A stretch of 64,000 nt of DNA, taken from NCBI GenBank assembly GCA_951406725.2, contig OX597831.1, forward strand, positions 60,140,001-60,204,000. Reading direction: 5' to 3'. The notes beneath the pieces were generated by a model. It searched no databases. It saw nothing but the letters and a program-made list of their open reading frames with translations, and was not told the DNA's origin. Origin of the DNA: Octopus vulgaris. Taxonomy: Eukaryota. Position numbers and translations under genes: made by a program. Within the stretch, counting starts at the first letter, position 1. Every line of letters begins with the position of its first letter. Positions 53,709 to 64,000 of the stretch are shown here, one piece after another.

Positions 53709-54817
53709 AAAAAAGGAATCCTGGGGGTTTTTCTGTTTGCGGTATTTTGCTGTATGTGATTCTGTCCCCCGTTGATATGTTGTCTGTTGAAGAGGTTTTG
53801 GTTGTTGTGATTCTGTCCTCTGTTGATATGTTGTCTGTTGAAGAGGTTTTGGTTGTTCCAGGGTCTGGGTTGTTGGTGTGGCCTCCTGGAAGAGTTTTGG
53901 TTATTCCAGGGTCTGGGTTGTTTGTCCTGGGTGTAATGTTGGTTCCTTAGAGTGGGTTGGAAACTATATTCATGGTTTAGAAGTGAATTCCTATATGTTG
54001 GGGGAGAACTCTGAGTTAGGAGCGGTTTGGGTTGGAATCTACAATCATAGTTCAGAGATGGGTTTCTAAGTGAAGGGTAGGATCTCCGAATCTGGAACGG
54101 TTCTTGTGTGGGTTGGGGTCTACGTTGTCTGGTAAAGTTTTGTCTTGTGATGATGGGTGTCTCGGTTCTTTTGATGGGATTGTAGTGCTGTCTGTAAGTT
54201 CTGTTGTTGTTGTTGTTGATGTTAGGGGTGGTGTGTGTTCGGTGTTTTGTGGTTGGTTTTCTTTGTTTTTGGCGAGGGGTGTGAGTTGAAGTAGATATTT
54301 TAAAATATGGGTTGCTTGAAAGGTGTTCCTTTGTGAACTCTGTTTCATAATTGGTGAACCAGCTGTTTTTTTCCATTCGCTGGAGGGATGTTAGTTCTTC
54401 ATCCTCGCAGTTTTTTCTCCAGAGTTTGGTGGTTTCATCAAGGAGTGCTCCTTCACAGTGTTTTGAGATTTCAATCTGCATTTAATTGTCAAGGGTCTTG
54501 GATTTTTCTTCACTGGCGTTGGCTCTGAGCCGCAAGAGTTCTACTTCCGTTTTGAATTTTTCAAAAGCTAGTTTCTCCCTGAGGTTTTTTTGGTTTTCTG
54601 GTTCATTTTGGATGGGTTTTATTTGTAGTTTTCTGGGTAGGATGATAGGGGTGGAGTTGAGCCACTTTTCATAAATGTCAGCTTTGTTGTTATTTTTTAT
54701 GAAATTCCAGAAGGCAAACTTACGCGCTTTGAGATTTTAACTCCAGGTGTTGTTAAGAGAGCTTTTAATTGAGAAGCAGTCTTTAGTTTGCTCCTGCTTT
54801 GGGAGCACTGCCGTCTC
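53672..54817 (-). pseudogene. PLE upstream ORF1 (helical, charged N-part and Q/N/R/P-rich repetitive C-part), 5'-truncated, two in-frame TAA
   Basis: One frame: KSSLNNTWS*NLKARKFAFWNFIKNNNKADIYEKWLNSTPIILPRKLQIKPIQNEPENQKNLREKLAFEKFKTEVELLRLRA...DN*MQIEISK...RIPFLGKGISFHDTRW*. Confidence 0.75.
53708..53714 (-). promoter_or_regulatory. Putative -1 programmed ribosomal frameshift site U_UUU_UUA
   Basis: CCU UUU UUA GGC in ORF1 phase; the -1 frame reads RQGHQFPRHQ-MVDTNPEK without a stop into the RT ORF. Confidence 0.6.
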
Positions 54818-54865
54818 TGTGTGTGTGTGTGTGTTGTGTGTATGTGGTGTGTGTTTGTATACTAT

Positions 54866-55556
54866 GTGTGTGTGTGTGTGTGTGTATATATGTGTGTGAC
54901 AAACAGACGCTGCTTGACCAGCAGGCACGGACATATCTATTCCCACCCACATACTAACCTCCTGATAACCCCAAAACCATTGATGCTTGAAGGGGAAATA
55001 TACACCACACTGGGTCCAACCTTTTTTCTCTGAATTCAACCTTTCTGCTAAAACAAACAGGTCAGTAACAACATATTCTCGCCTTCAACTTAAAATATTC
55101 TGAGATGTATAAAAAATCCATTTTAATTTTTGCTGTCAAAAGATTGTATATATATACCAAAGACTGTATATATATACATGTAATGTGACAATTTGCGACA
55201 ACCAATAATTAACGCAACCAAATTTCCAATAATATATTTGTTTTATCCTTTTCTGCCAATTTTTCCAAATATTCTCATCACACATTGAACTTCTCTGTTA
55301 CCAAACACTATATTTATACATGTAATGTGACAATTTTGTATAAAAAAACAATTTTGAATTCATAATATCCAATGTGACAATTATGTAAAAAACTTTTTTG
55401 AATGCATAATATTCAATGTGACAATTATGTAAAAAACTTTTTTGAACCCATATTATTCAATGTTATTTTTAATGTTACTTTTGACAATCTTTTACCAAAG
55501 AGTGAAACCGGTTAAGTAAATAAACATCGTTTAAATTGCATTTTCAAACCTTTTTT
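54866..55556 (+). repeat. Inverted 5' pseudo-LTR arm of the PLE
   Basis: Reverse complement of 49613-50303; lacks the 49567-49612 tail. Confidence 0.95.
55475..55519 (+). ncRNA. Second copy of the U3-A8 hammerhead (antisense to the ORFs)
   Basis: TTACTT TTGACAA TCTTTTACCAAAGA GT GAAA CCGG TT AAGTAA. Confidence 0.65.
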
Positions 55557-55924
55557 ATTATATATATATATATATATATATACATACATACATATATATG
55601 GATATACATATATGTTATCGTATTTCCTTATATATATATATGTATAAATATATATTTATGTATGTATATATTAATGTACGCATAGGAAAACCGGTACCGA
55701 ATACCCACTTGGGAAAAAAACAAAGAAAAGAACTAGTAAAATGGTCATACACAGTGAAGATATGATTTTGGCGTCGGTGAAGGTTAAGATGGCATTTAAA
55801 GAGGAAAACGGTTACGGGATAAAAATTCACAGAGCAGGAAAAATCCGTAAGAAACGGATAGTCTGGTAAAAAGCACATAGTTGCTGTATTACCAGTTTAT
55901 ATATACATATATATATATATACAT

Positions 55925-56330
55925 AGGCGCAGGAGTGGCTGTGTGGTAAGTAGCTTGCTAGCCAACCACATGGTTCCGGGTTCAGTCCCACTTCTTGGCA
56001 TCTTGGGCAAGTGTCTTCTGCTATAGCCCCGGGCTGACCAATGCCTTGTGAGTGGATTTGGTACACGGAGACTGAAAGAAGCCTTTCGTATATATGTATG
56101 TATATATATATGTGTGTGTGTTTGTGTTTGTGTGTCTGTGTTTGTCCCCCTAGCATTGCTTCACAACCGATGCTGGTGTGTTTACGTCCCCGTCACTTAG
56201 AGGTTCGGCAAAAGAGACCGTTAGAATAAGTACTGGTCTTACAAAGAATAAGCCCCGGGGTCGATTTGCTCGACTAAAGGTGGTGCTCCAGCATGACCGC
56301 AGTCAAATGACTGAAACAAGCAAAAAAAGA
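55925..56330 (+). mobile_element. tRNA-derived SINE family C (Octopus OR/OK-like), full length
   Basis: A box TGGCTGTGTGG, B box GGTTCAGTCC, CORE-like TTGGGCAAGTGTCTT, internal (TA/TG) tract, 3' CCAGCATGACCGCAGTCAAATGACTGAAAC. Confidence 0.8.
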
Positions 56331-57153
56331 GTATACATAGTTAACTCATGGTATCAAGTGTTTCTCGATATAGGAAAGAGAGCTCACATGATCGCTCAGT
56401 TAATTGAATCATTAACCAACCTTCACAACCCAAACCTCTCATTGAGTAACAGATTACCGCATACATTACATTCTTGCAAACATAGGTTCTACTCATCGTT
56501 TGCGCGATTTGTTAAATTTATGTAGCCTCTAACTACGAGCATCCCTAATCACTATTAACTTTAAATTACAGCCAAATCGCACTAGGACCTTACCCCATCC
56601 ACTAATACAGCATTTTGTACTAAATTATTCCTTCTTATGACTATCTTTGTACATTCTTCTTATTCAGTACCTCCTACTCCCTTACAACTATCTCACCTTC
56701 ACGTATTTTATTCATACTCATTTTCAACTATCCCTTTTCAGACAACACGACATTCTTCCACCCTGCTGCCTTATCATTATAGCTATCTACCCGTTCAATT
56801 CCTCTACCCACGTCCTCAACATCACCACCCCACTTCATTATATGAATCCTTCCTCCAAACTAAACCATCCAACACGAATAACTGCTAAATTCTCTACCAA
56901 CTGAAATCCCACGCTGTCCACCTATCTTCTCTCATGATTTTCTACATACATTTGTAAATCCAATCCACCGACAACCTAAGAGATTTCTTCAAATCCTCTT
57001 CTTATCTCCCAGTTCTCCACAGAAATCCACTGACAGTTCTTCCTGTAGTGACCCTCGCATCTCCGTTCATACTAACTGCCTCAACACTCTCCACACCAAC
57101 ACCAAGCCCCTCCTGCAGCACCAAAATTCTCTTTCTCCCTTTTACTTCTCTCT

Positions 57154-57210
<57 letters not shown>

Positions 57211-57407
57211 AATGAGTGTGTGAATGAGTGTGTGCGAGTGCTCTAAGGTACTTTGAAATGCCTAGTTAGATGCAGAATATTCTAGAAAAACTGAAGGGAC
57301 GCTGCGATAAATATGTAACTTTGAGAAAGATATATGCTGAATGAATGATAATTAGATAAATAGTATTTTATCGAAAGCAGGAAACCTTTCAATACCCCAT
57401 CTCATAT

Positions 57408-57493
<86 letters not shown>

Positions 57494-57567
57494 GGCATTG
57501 CCCCAGCATGGCCACAGCTCATTAGCTGAAACTGGAAAAATCAAAAAATCAAAATCAAATATGTAAT

Positions 57568-57694
<127 letters not shown>

Positions 57695-58619
57695 GCACAG
57701 ATATATTTATCGGTGTATTCTACTGAGGATTGCAAACGAATTTTTATTGCGGTGTATGAAAACTTGTGATATAGAATTATAGAATTATCCGAAATTCCAT
57801 GAATCTTGTTGCTCATTAACTCGCATTCCACCTGGGTTTATAAATTGAGCGTGGATTGTAGGTATATGACATCTACTTCTAGCGTAGGCGCTGGCATTTC
57901 AGTGCCCTTAAAAATAATTTTCTTTTTATAGTTATATACTTAAAAATTAATCGTTCCGATACGGTCAGTTTTTTACGCTATGCAACTGACATAATCATTT
58001 TTATGATTATATCCTGAACTTATAAGTTTAATGATATATATATACATGCATACATATATTGTGAGACTATAGGTGAAATAATATCCTACTTGAGATGTCG
58101 TGGAAATAAGAGTCTTAAAACTAAATGTGAAGGGTTTAATATTAATGAATATCATGATGGCAATAGCGTGAAAAACTGCATTAAGCTTAATACTGTACAT
58201 ATGAACCAGAATGCTGTTTTGTTTATATTGATGTAAACATCACATTGCTTCTGGGATGTTTCGTCATTTTAAAAATAAACATTTCATAAAGAGTATGTAT
58301 ATTTATTTGTGTGTATTTATATGTAGACTTGCGTGTTTGTATATGTATATATCCGTCTGATTTCCTATCTTCCTCTCTCTGCATACAGAGAATATGTTTG
58401 CTATTTGAGAGAATATCTTCAATTAAGAAAACAAAGTATTAGAATAACAAATATAATCTCATAGAATTTGGCACATTTATTATTGCATATAAATAGCAAA
58501 TATCTATAAAATGAAACCACCATCCTCCACAGATACTTTTACGATTCGGTTTCTGAAGAGATTAAATATGTAGATGAGGCAACGCTTAATCGAGTTGGCG
58601 ATAATGATCCGAAAAACAA

Positions 58620-59400
58620 TAAATTTCAGAATCCATGGTATCGTTCTTGTTTTCCCTCTCAATGATGCACCAGCTTAAATCAGGAATGCTACGGGGCAAA
58701 ACGCTAAAATAACACAAGGATGAAACTTTTTAGCCGTTCATATCTGGATAGCTGAAGATGTGTGACATGAACAGTGTCTTGCTGGAGCGCGTACGGCCTA
58801 CCGCAAGCGAATTGTTCGTTTATGAGCTTAACGATCTTATATTTAGCTCGATAAATGCAGTCGCATTGACTCGCTACCAGAAAAGGTGACTAGGTATGAC
58901 ATGACCATCATTCTTCACCACCTCCAAGGTTTTCACAGCCGATAGGAACGTGGTGTGCACAACTTCTGAGAACCGCCTGCGCAGCCCGGGTCCCACGAAC
59001 TGCTTTTGCGCGCTAGTTTAGCAATAAATCATTTTCAATATCACATTCCTCTCGGATCTTCTCGATCAGGAGTTGCTCTTTTCCCATCACATATTATCTG
59101 TACACGTTGTCTTTGTAAACCAAGCTTTAATCCTTGCGTCGGACACAGGTTTACTACAACCAATTATCCTTGTCAACTTACAAGGATACTCGTTAAACCC
59201 TTGGCTTGCTGGTTTATCTCTCACTTTCTGGCAAAGCCTGAGTGTGGATACTAATTTCTTTTTCGTTTCGAAAAGGCCACGGCCGCTAATCTGGTCTTAA
59301 ACATTAAGTTTGGATCTTGAGAATCATTTTGATTTTGGTTGCTGAGGCAACGGGAATCGCGTAACTTTTCATCAACTGTGTCTTGTTCTTCCATTTTGGG
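58620..59400 (-). pseudogene. Decayed Tc1/maT (DD37D-like) transposase
   Basis: Minus: FLSAVKTLEVVKNDGHVIPSHLF (cf. PASVMVLGVVSSEGHVMPPHFF), RPYALQQD, PDL..WCIIERE. Confidence 0.55.
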
Positions 59401-59515
59401 GTCGGAAAAAAGAAGATATGTAATTAAACTTAACGCCAACTTTAGGTCTTAAAGTTTATGTATTCAAATAGTTGATGTACTTTATTTATGTGAACTCAAT
59501 AAAGCAATCCATACA

Positions 59516-59614
<99 letters not shown>

Positions 59615-61010
59615 CATATATATGTATGTTTGTATGTATTTATTTTTGAATATATATATATATATATATACGTTTATATATTTGTTTTGCACACACTCAC
59701 ACTAACTAAACAGAAACACATAGATGTATACGCGTATGCAAATGAAGACACATACAATAGGAATACAAAATACAAAATGGCTGACCGTTCGTAAGGAGAG
59801 ACACACAAATGAGAATGAAGAAAGCAAAGGACGACTAATGAGGTCACAGGAGTGTGACGAAAGACCTCTGGCCGAAATAAGATTAAGATTAATGTAAAAA
59901 AGGAATAAAGCTGAAGCAAAGTAACAGCAAATATATAGTGCGTGTGTTTTTATTGGCTAAACTGGCAAAATGACCATTCCTAAATACAACAACATATATA
60001 TATATATATGTTATCCATAGAAAGAGTGAGAGACAAATCTGTAAAATATATTGCATTGATTATATTGAATATACTTTGATGCTGACAAGACAATTTACGG
60101 TATTTTCTAAGCTGTAAAATATGCTATAATATGTGAGGCGATTTTATTTAAATTGCACAGCACATTACTGCAAAATCTTAGTTTCTTATAGCTAACGACA
60201 CACTTTATATTCTAACATGAATATGTCATCACAGAGCACAAAAGAATCCTTGAAGTAAAATAATGCTGCACATGAGATTAAAGAGAACCTCGGCTTTATT
60301 TGACACTTGTCAGATATTGTTATGTTTAAAGCATGAAATGTTTCCTTCTTTGGTATATCTGCAGAATGTATGAACTAATTATAAAATGAACATTTATATA
60401 TGAAAACGAAAATTACGTTTAGTGATTAATATAATTTGACTAAGGTATGTGCGCTTTTAAAAAGCTGGATAAATATGTCAAAATTATTCTAAATCATATG
60501 TATATATGTGTGTGTGCGCGTGTATGTTTGTGTTTACGTGTTTGTGCGCGTGTGTGGTTGTGTGTGAATGCGACATACGTCAGATAGCGGGAAAACCATC
60601 TAAGGACTGAATTTGTATGTGGATGGTGATAGGAGAGAAGAGAACCGGGTGGCTCTGATTAAATAGAATGAAATATTTACAAGTGACCTGGAATATTTCT
60701 GCTGCATAAGAAGTATTGCATCAATCGTTATTTAAAATTTTTGTCGGTTGCTGTGTTACATAATAAGTGATACTGATTATACAAGATTTCGGTTAGAGAG
60801 CAGATGTTTGTATGTGTATGTATGTACGCGCATGTTTTTGTGTGTATTTGAGTGTGTGTGTGTGTATGTGTGTATACGTGTGCTTGTGTGTGCGTGGAAT
60901 GGTAGAAAGAACGGTTGATGTAATAAATTAATGTGCTTAACAAATACAATAGGTAGTGTTTATGGAGAAGCGGGGAAATCCCTATGCTATTTTTCACGCT
61001 TCCAATACCT

Positions 61011-61241
61011 ATTACTTTACTACCCACAAGGAGCTAAACACAGAGGGAACAAACAAGGACAGATAAACGGATTAAGTTGATTACATCGACCTCAGTACAT
61101 AACTGGTACTTAAGTTATCGACACCGAAAGGATGAAAGGCAAAGTCGATCTCGGCGGAATTTGAACTCAGAACGTAACGTCAGACGAAATACCGCTAAGC
61201 ATTTCGCCCGGCGCGCTAACGTCTCTGCCAGCTCGCCGCCT
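61011..61241 (-). mobile_element. SINE family A, full length
   Basis: Collinear with 13911-14146 (CCCACAAGGAGCTAAACACAGAGG...CTGCCAGCTCGCCGCCT). Confidence 0.85.
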
Positions 61242-62820
61242 TGCTTCCGAGACCGCTTTGAAATTCTGGCGAAGTCGAATATGATTTACCTCCTAAAATT
61301 TCTGACAAAACGCTACAAGAAATTAGGATCCCTCAGATATTTAATATTGCAGTATATATTCGGCCCAGTACTCTGTGGTGTTCCTGGATCAATATTCTTA
61401 AAAAAGGACGCCCTTGCAGGGCACTGCATCAGTGCTGTACAATAATTATGGGATATTTTCAAAGCCAATTGTCCCGTACGTTATCTTGAATGAAACTACT
61501 GTATTTATATTTTGAATCATTTCTAAATTAAAAAAAAACATCTTATTAGTTTTAATTGTTCGCTACTTGTCAAATTCAAATTAATTCAAAACATTGAAGA
61601 ATTATGGTCTCCACGTTGTTGTATAGTTAGTGATTTATAGGTTGTTCCAAATTAACCAGTACTGCCTTTCCCTGCGTATTTCAGATATGCTTCATTAATT
61701 TACAGATTTTAATCAATTTATCTCTTACACTTATTTAATTTCAGGTAAATAGCATAATTAATATTAACATTTCCAGTCATCACTTATTTTTAATTGATAC
61801 TTTCTATATAATTAACTCTGTACATGCCATTATGATACCTTTGCCCTTGTGCATTTATGGTATACAATGTTTTCTTATATATATATATATATTCAATTTA
61901 TATATTCTTTAACGTTAATCCAATATTCACGTTCTATTATTCAATCCACTTAAATGTTTTTGCTAATTTATTTACATATTCTACATACCATGCTCAAAAA
62001 TTATTCATGGCTAAAATTATTTCACATATAATTTTAGCTAGGAAATACCTACATTGCTGGAACAAAAAAGCTAAACCTCTGTAATACTGTAGTTAACGCA
62101 CATAAAGAAATATACACTAACAGTGACCACAATCGTCCTGAATGTGCCGCTCGAATATTCTTCATATCACCAAAATGTTTCGGCAATTTTCCTTGCCTGA
62201 TCACAGAAGATAACTTGACTGTTCAGCTCTTCCCGAATTCGGCACGCCATTAGTATTTATCATTTCGTCATAAATATGTTTTCATTCATGTGCGATAAGA
62301 ACAGAATTAGAGCCGTTTAACTCTTATATCTAACAATGTAGGTGTTTTCCAACACGCTAGTGTTGCAAATGTCATTTAGTGACATTTATAATTCTCGTTT
62401 TGGTGAAATATTGCAACCTACTGTTTGTATTAATTTTATACATACACATTAGTAAATCGCTAAATCGTCCAAGGTTTTGAATGACGAGAATATGAATATT
62501 AATAGTGAAGCTAGTCAGTAAATGGTCGAACAGCCGAGCTGTTTTAAGTGAAGAGGCATAGGAACTTGTCGACACTGACGCCTCAATATTAAGCATTCTA
62601 AATCGGAACTGCTCGGATGATAATGGTCACTGTTCGTGGATACGTTTCCATTCATGTGCATTAACTACACCATTTGAGCAGTTTAGCGCCTATTTCAAAA
62701 AGTGTGTTTCCTAACACTCTAGTCACATTTAGTGACATGTGTAACTCTCCTTTATGGTGAAACCTAACAAACTGCTGTTTATATTAGTTTTAATTATACA
62801 TATATATCTATGCATGCATG

Positions 62821-62856
<36 letters not shown>

Positions 62857-64000
62857 CTCATCGCTCTCAGATCTACGTTTATTATTTAAATACTCGTATG
62901 TATATGCACCCGCACCACATAATAGATATGTATTAATGTGCAAATTGTAACGGGGAAAGTAATTTTCTTTTAAGAAAACTGAAATACTATCCGTAAGAAT
63001 TTATTCTATAAGATAAAATAAGTAGAATTTTGTAACCAGCAACATGGTTGAATAATGCTGGTTTTCAAATGAGGAAGAATTGGAATGGGGCGAAACTTTA
63101 TGCCTAAATCTCGAGAAATTTAATGGTTTTATTTGAATCTAGAAAAGATGAAAAACATTAGCCTTTAAAACGATGACTGCACACAAGGAAATCTTAGTAA
63201 CAGTACCTAGAAATTGCCCTGAGACACAGACATAATCGTGAGTTTGAACGAGTGTGCCAGAGTGTCACATGAACACTTATGTGTTAATCAAAGAGGATAG
63301 AGAGCCTGATATGCAAGTAAAAGAAATATACGTCAGTAATTACAACCCAATGGGAAATGCACATATGTCTTATAATGCATTTAAACAACTGACGTAGATC
63401 ATCTTAACGTCAATGTGGAAAATGTATTGCTACAATAAGAAGTCTTGAGAATCTAGAAGTATGTACTTTTTAGATGTGTGCGAAGTCTACTTAGGATACT
63501 GGAAGCCACTTCTAAAATCTATGGCGATGGAGAGATTCGGCGTAATATCGAGTGATTGAGCAACTCTGTGTAACCTTGTCCGATTTTTGAACTGTTCGGC
63601 AATCATGTACTTCGAAACATTTGTGGCACTGAAATGGTTAACTAAAATAGAACTAACACAATCCTGGGCTAAAATAAATTACCACCTTCTCGGATAGGTG
63701 ATAAACGTTCCAGCCTATGTGATAATGCTTTCAGCATATGTACACATTTAAACACATATCATTTAATTTATACTTCCTGACTCGTTATGTTCCACGATTC
63801 AGTCTCTATTTGTTTCTTTCATATTCATTTCTGCTCTATTTTAATTCTTCTTTTTGGATATTTATTTTAACACTCCAGAAACCTTGTGAAATGTAAAAAT
63901 GACATGTAAAAGCTTACCGACATACTACCCATGAACAGACATTGTGAAGAATTTGACTTTAGCACAAATTTACTGTCAGATACGAAAATTTATCTCAAAA

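Larger units (their letters stand above)
49567..55556 (-). mobile_element. Penelope-like retroelement (EN+, Naiad/Neptune-type) with inverted 5' pLTR, inserted in (TA)n
   Basis: RT + GIY-YIG domains, inverted ~690-bp pLTR arms, hammerheads, ~45-bp 3' tail present on one arm only, TA microsatellite at both ends. Confidence 0.93.

Noticed and set aside
54737-55039. ORF running from the inverted pLTR into ORF1
   Set aside because: Chimeric across the inversion junction and a CA microsatellite; in-frame by chance (1 in 3) and stopped at 54737
56600-57150. C/A-skewed tract, possibly an old LINE 3' end
   Set aside because: No motif could be read convincingly
58545-58620. CTGAAGA GATT...AATC as a hammerhead
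   Set aside because: GAAA does not follow stem II and there is no cleavage-site helix

Overview
AT-rich, microsatellite-dense eukaryotic non-coding DNA. The SINE families look cephalopod (Octopus-like), which is an inference. I found no intact host protein-coding gene, only one weak candidate exon at 48697-48898. The window is a transposon graveyard: a full-length decayed mariner (8841-10133), other Tc1/mariner/maT remnants, two R4/Dong-like and one Tx1-like LINE remnants, three tRNA-SINE families, non-autonomous Helitrons, a Helentron-like element and MITEs. The main feature is a ~6 kb Penelope-like retroelement (PLE, 49567-55556, minus strand). It has ~99%-identical inverted pseudo-LTRs, RT and GIY-YIG domains, and a separate upstream ORF1. 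ORF1 overlaps the RT frame exactly at an in-phase U_UUU_UUA slippery heptamer, which predicts gag-pol-like -1 ribosomal frameshifting. Its pLTRs carry a U3-A8 variant hammerhead ribozyme. Several more hammerhead motifs, from canonical to decayed, lie in short PLE-derived pieces nested in (TA)n tracts, including a ~190-bp palindromic mini-element.
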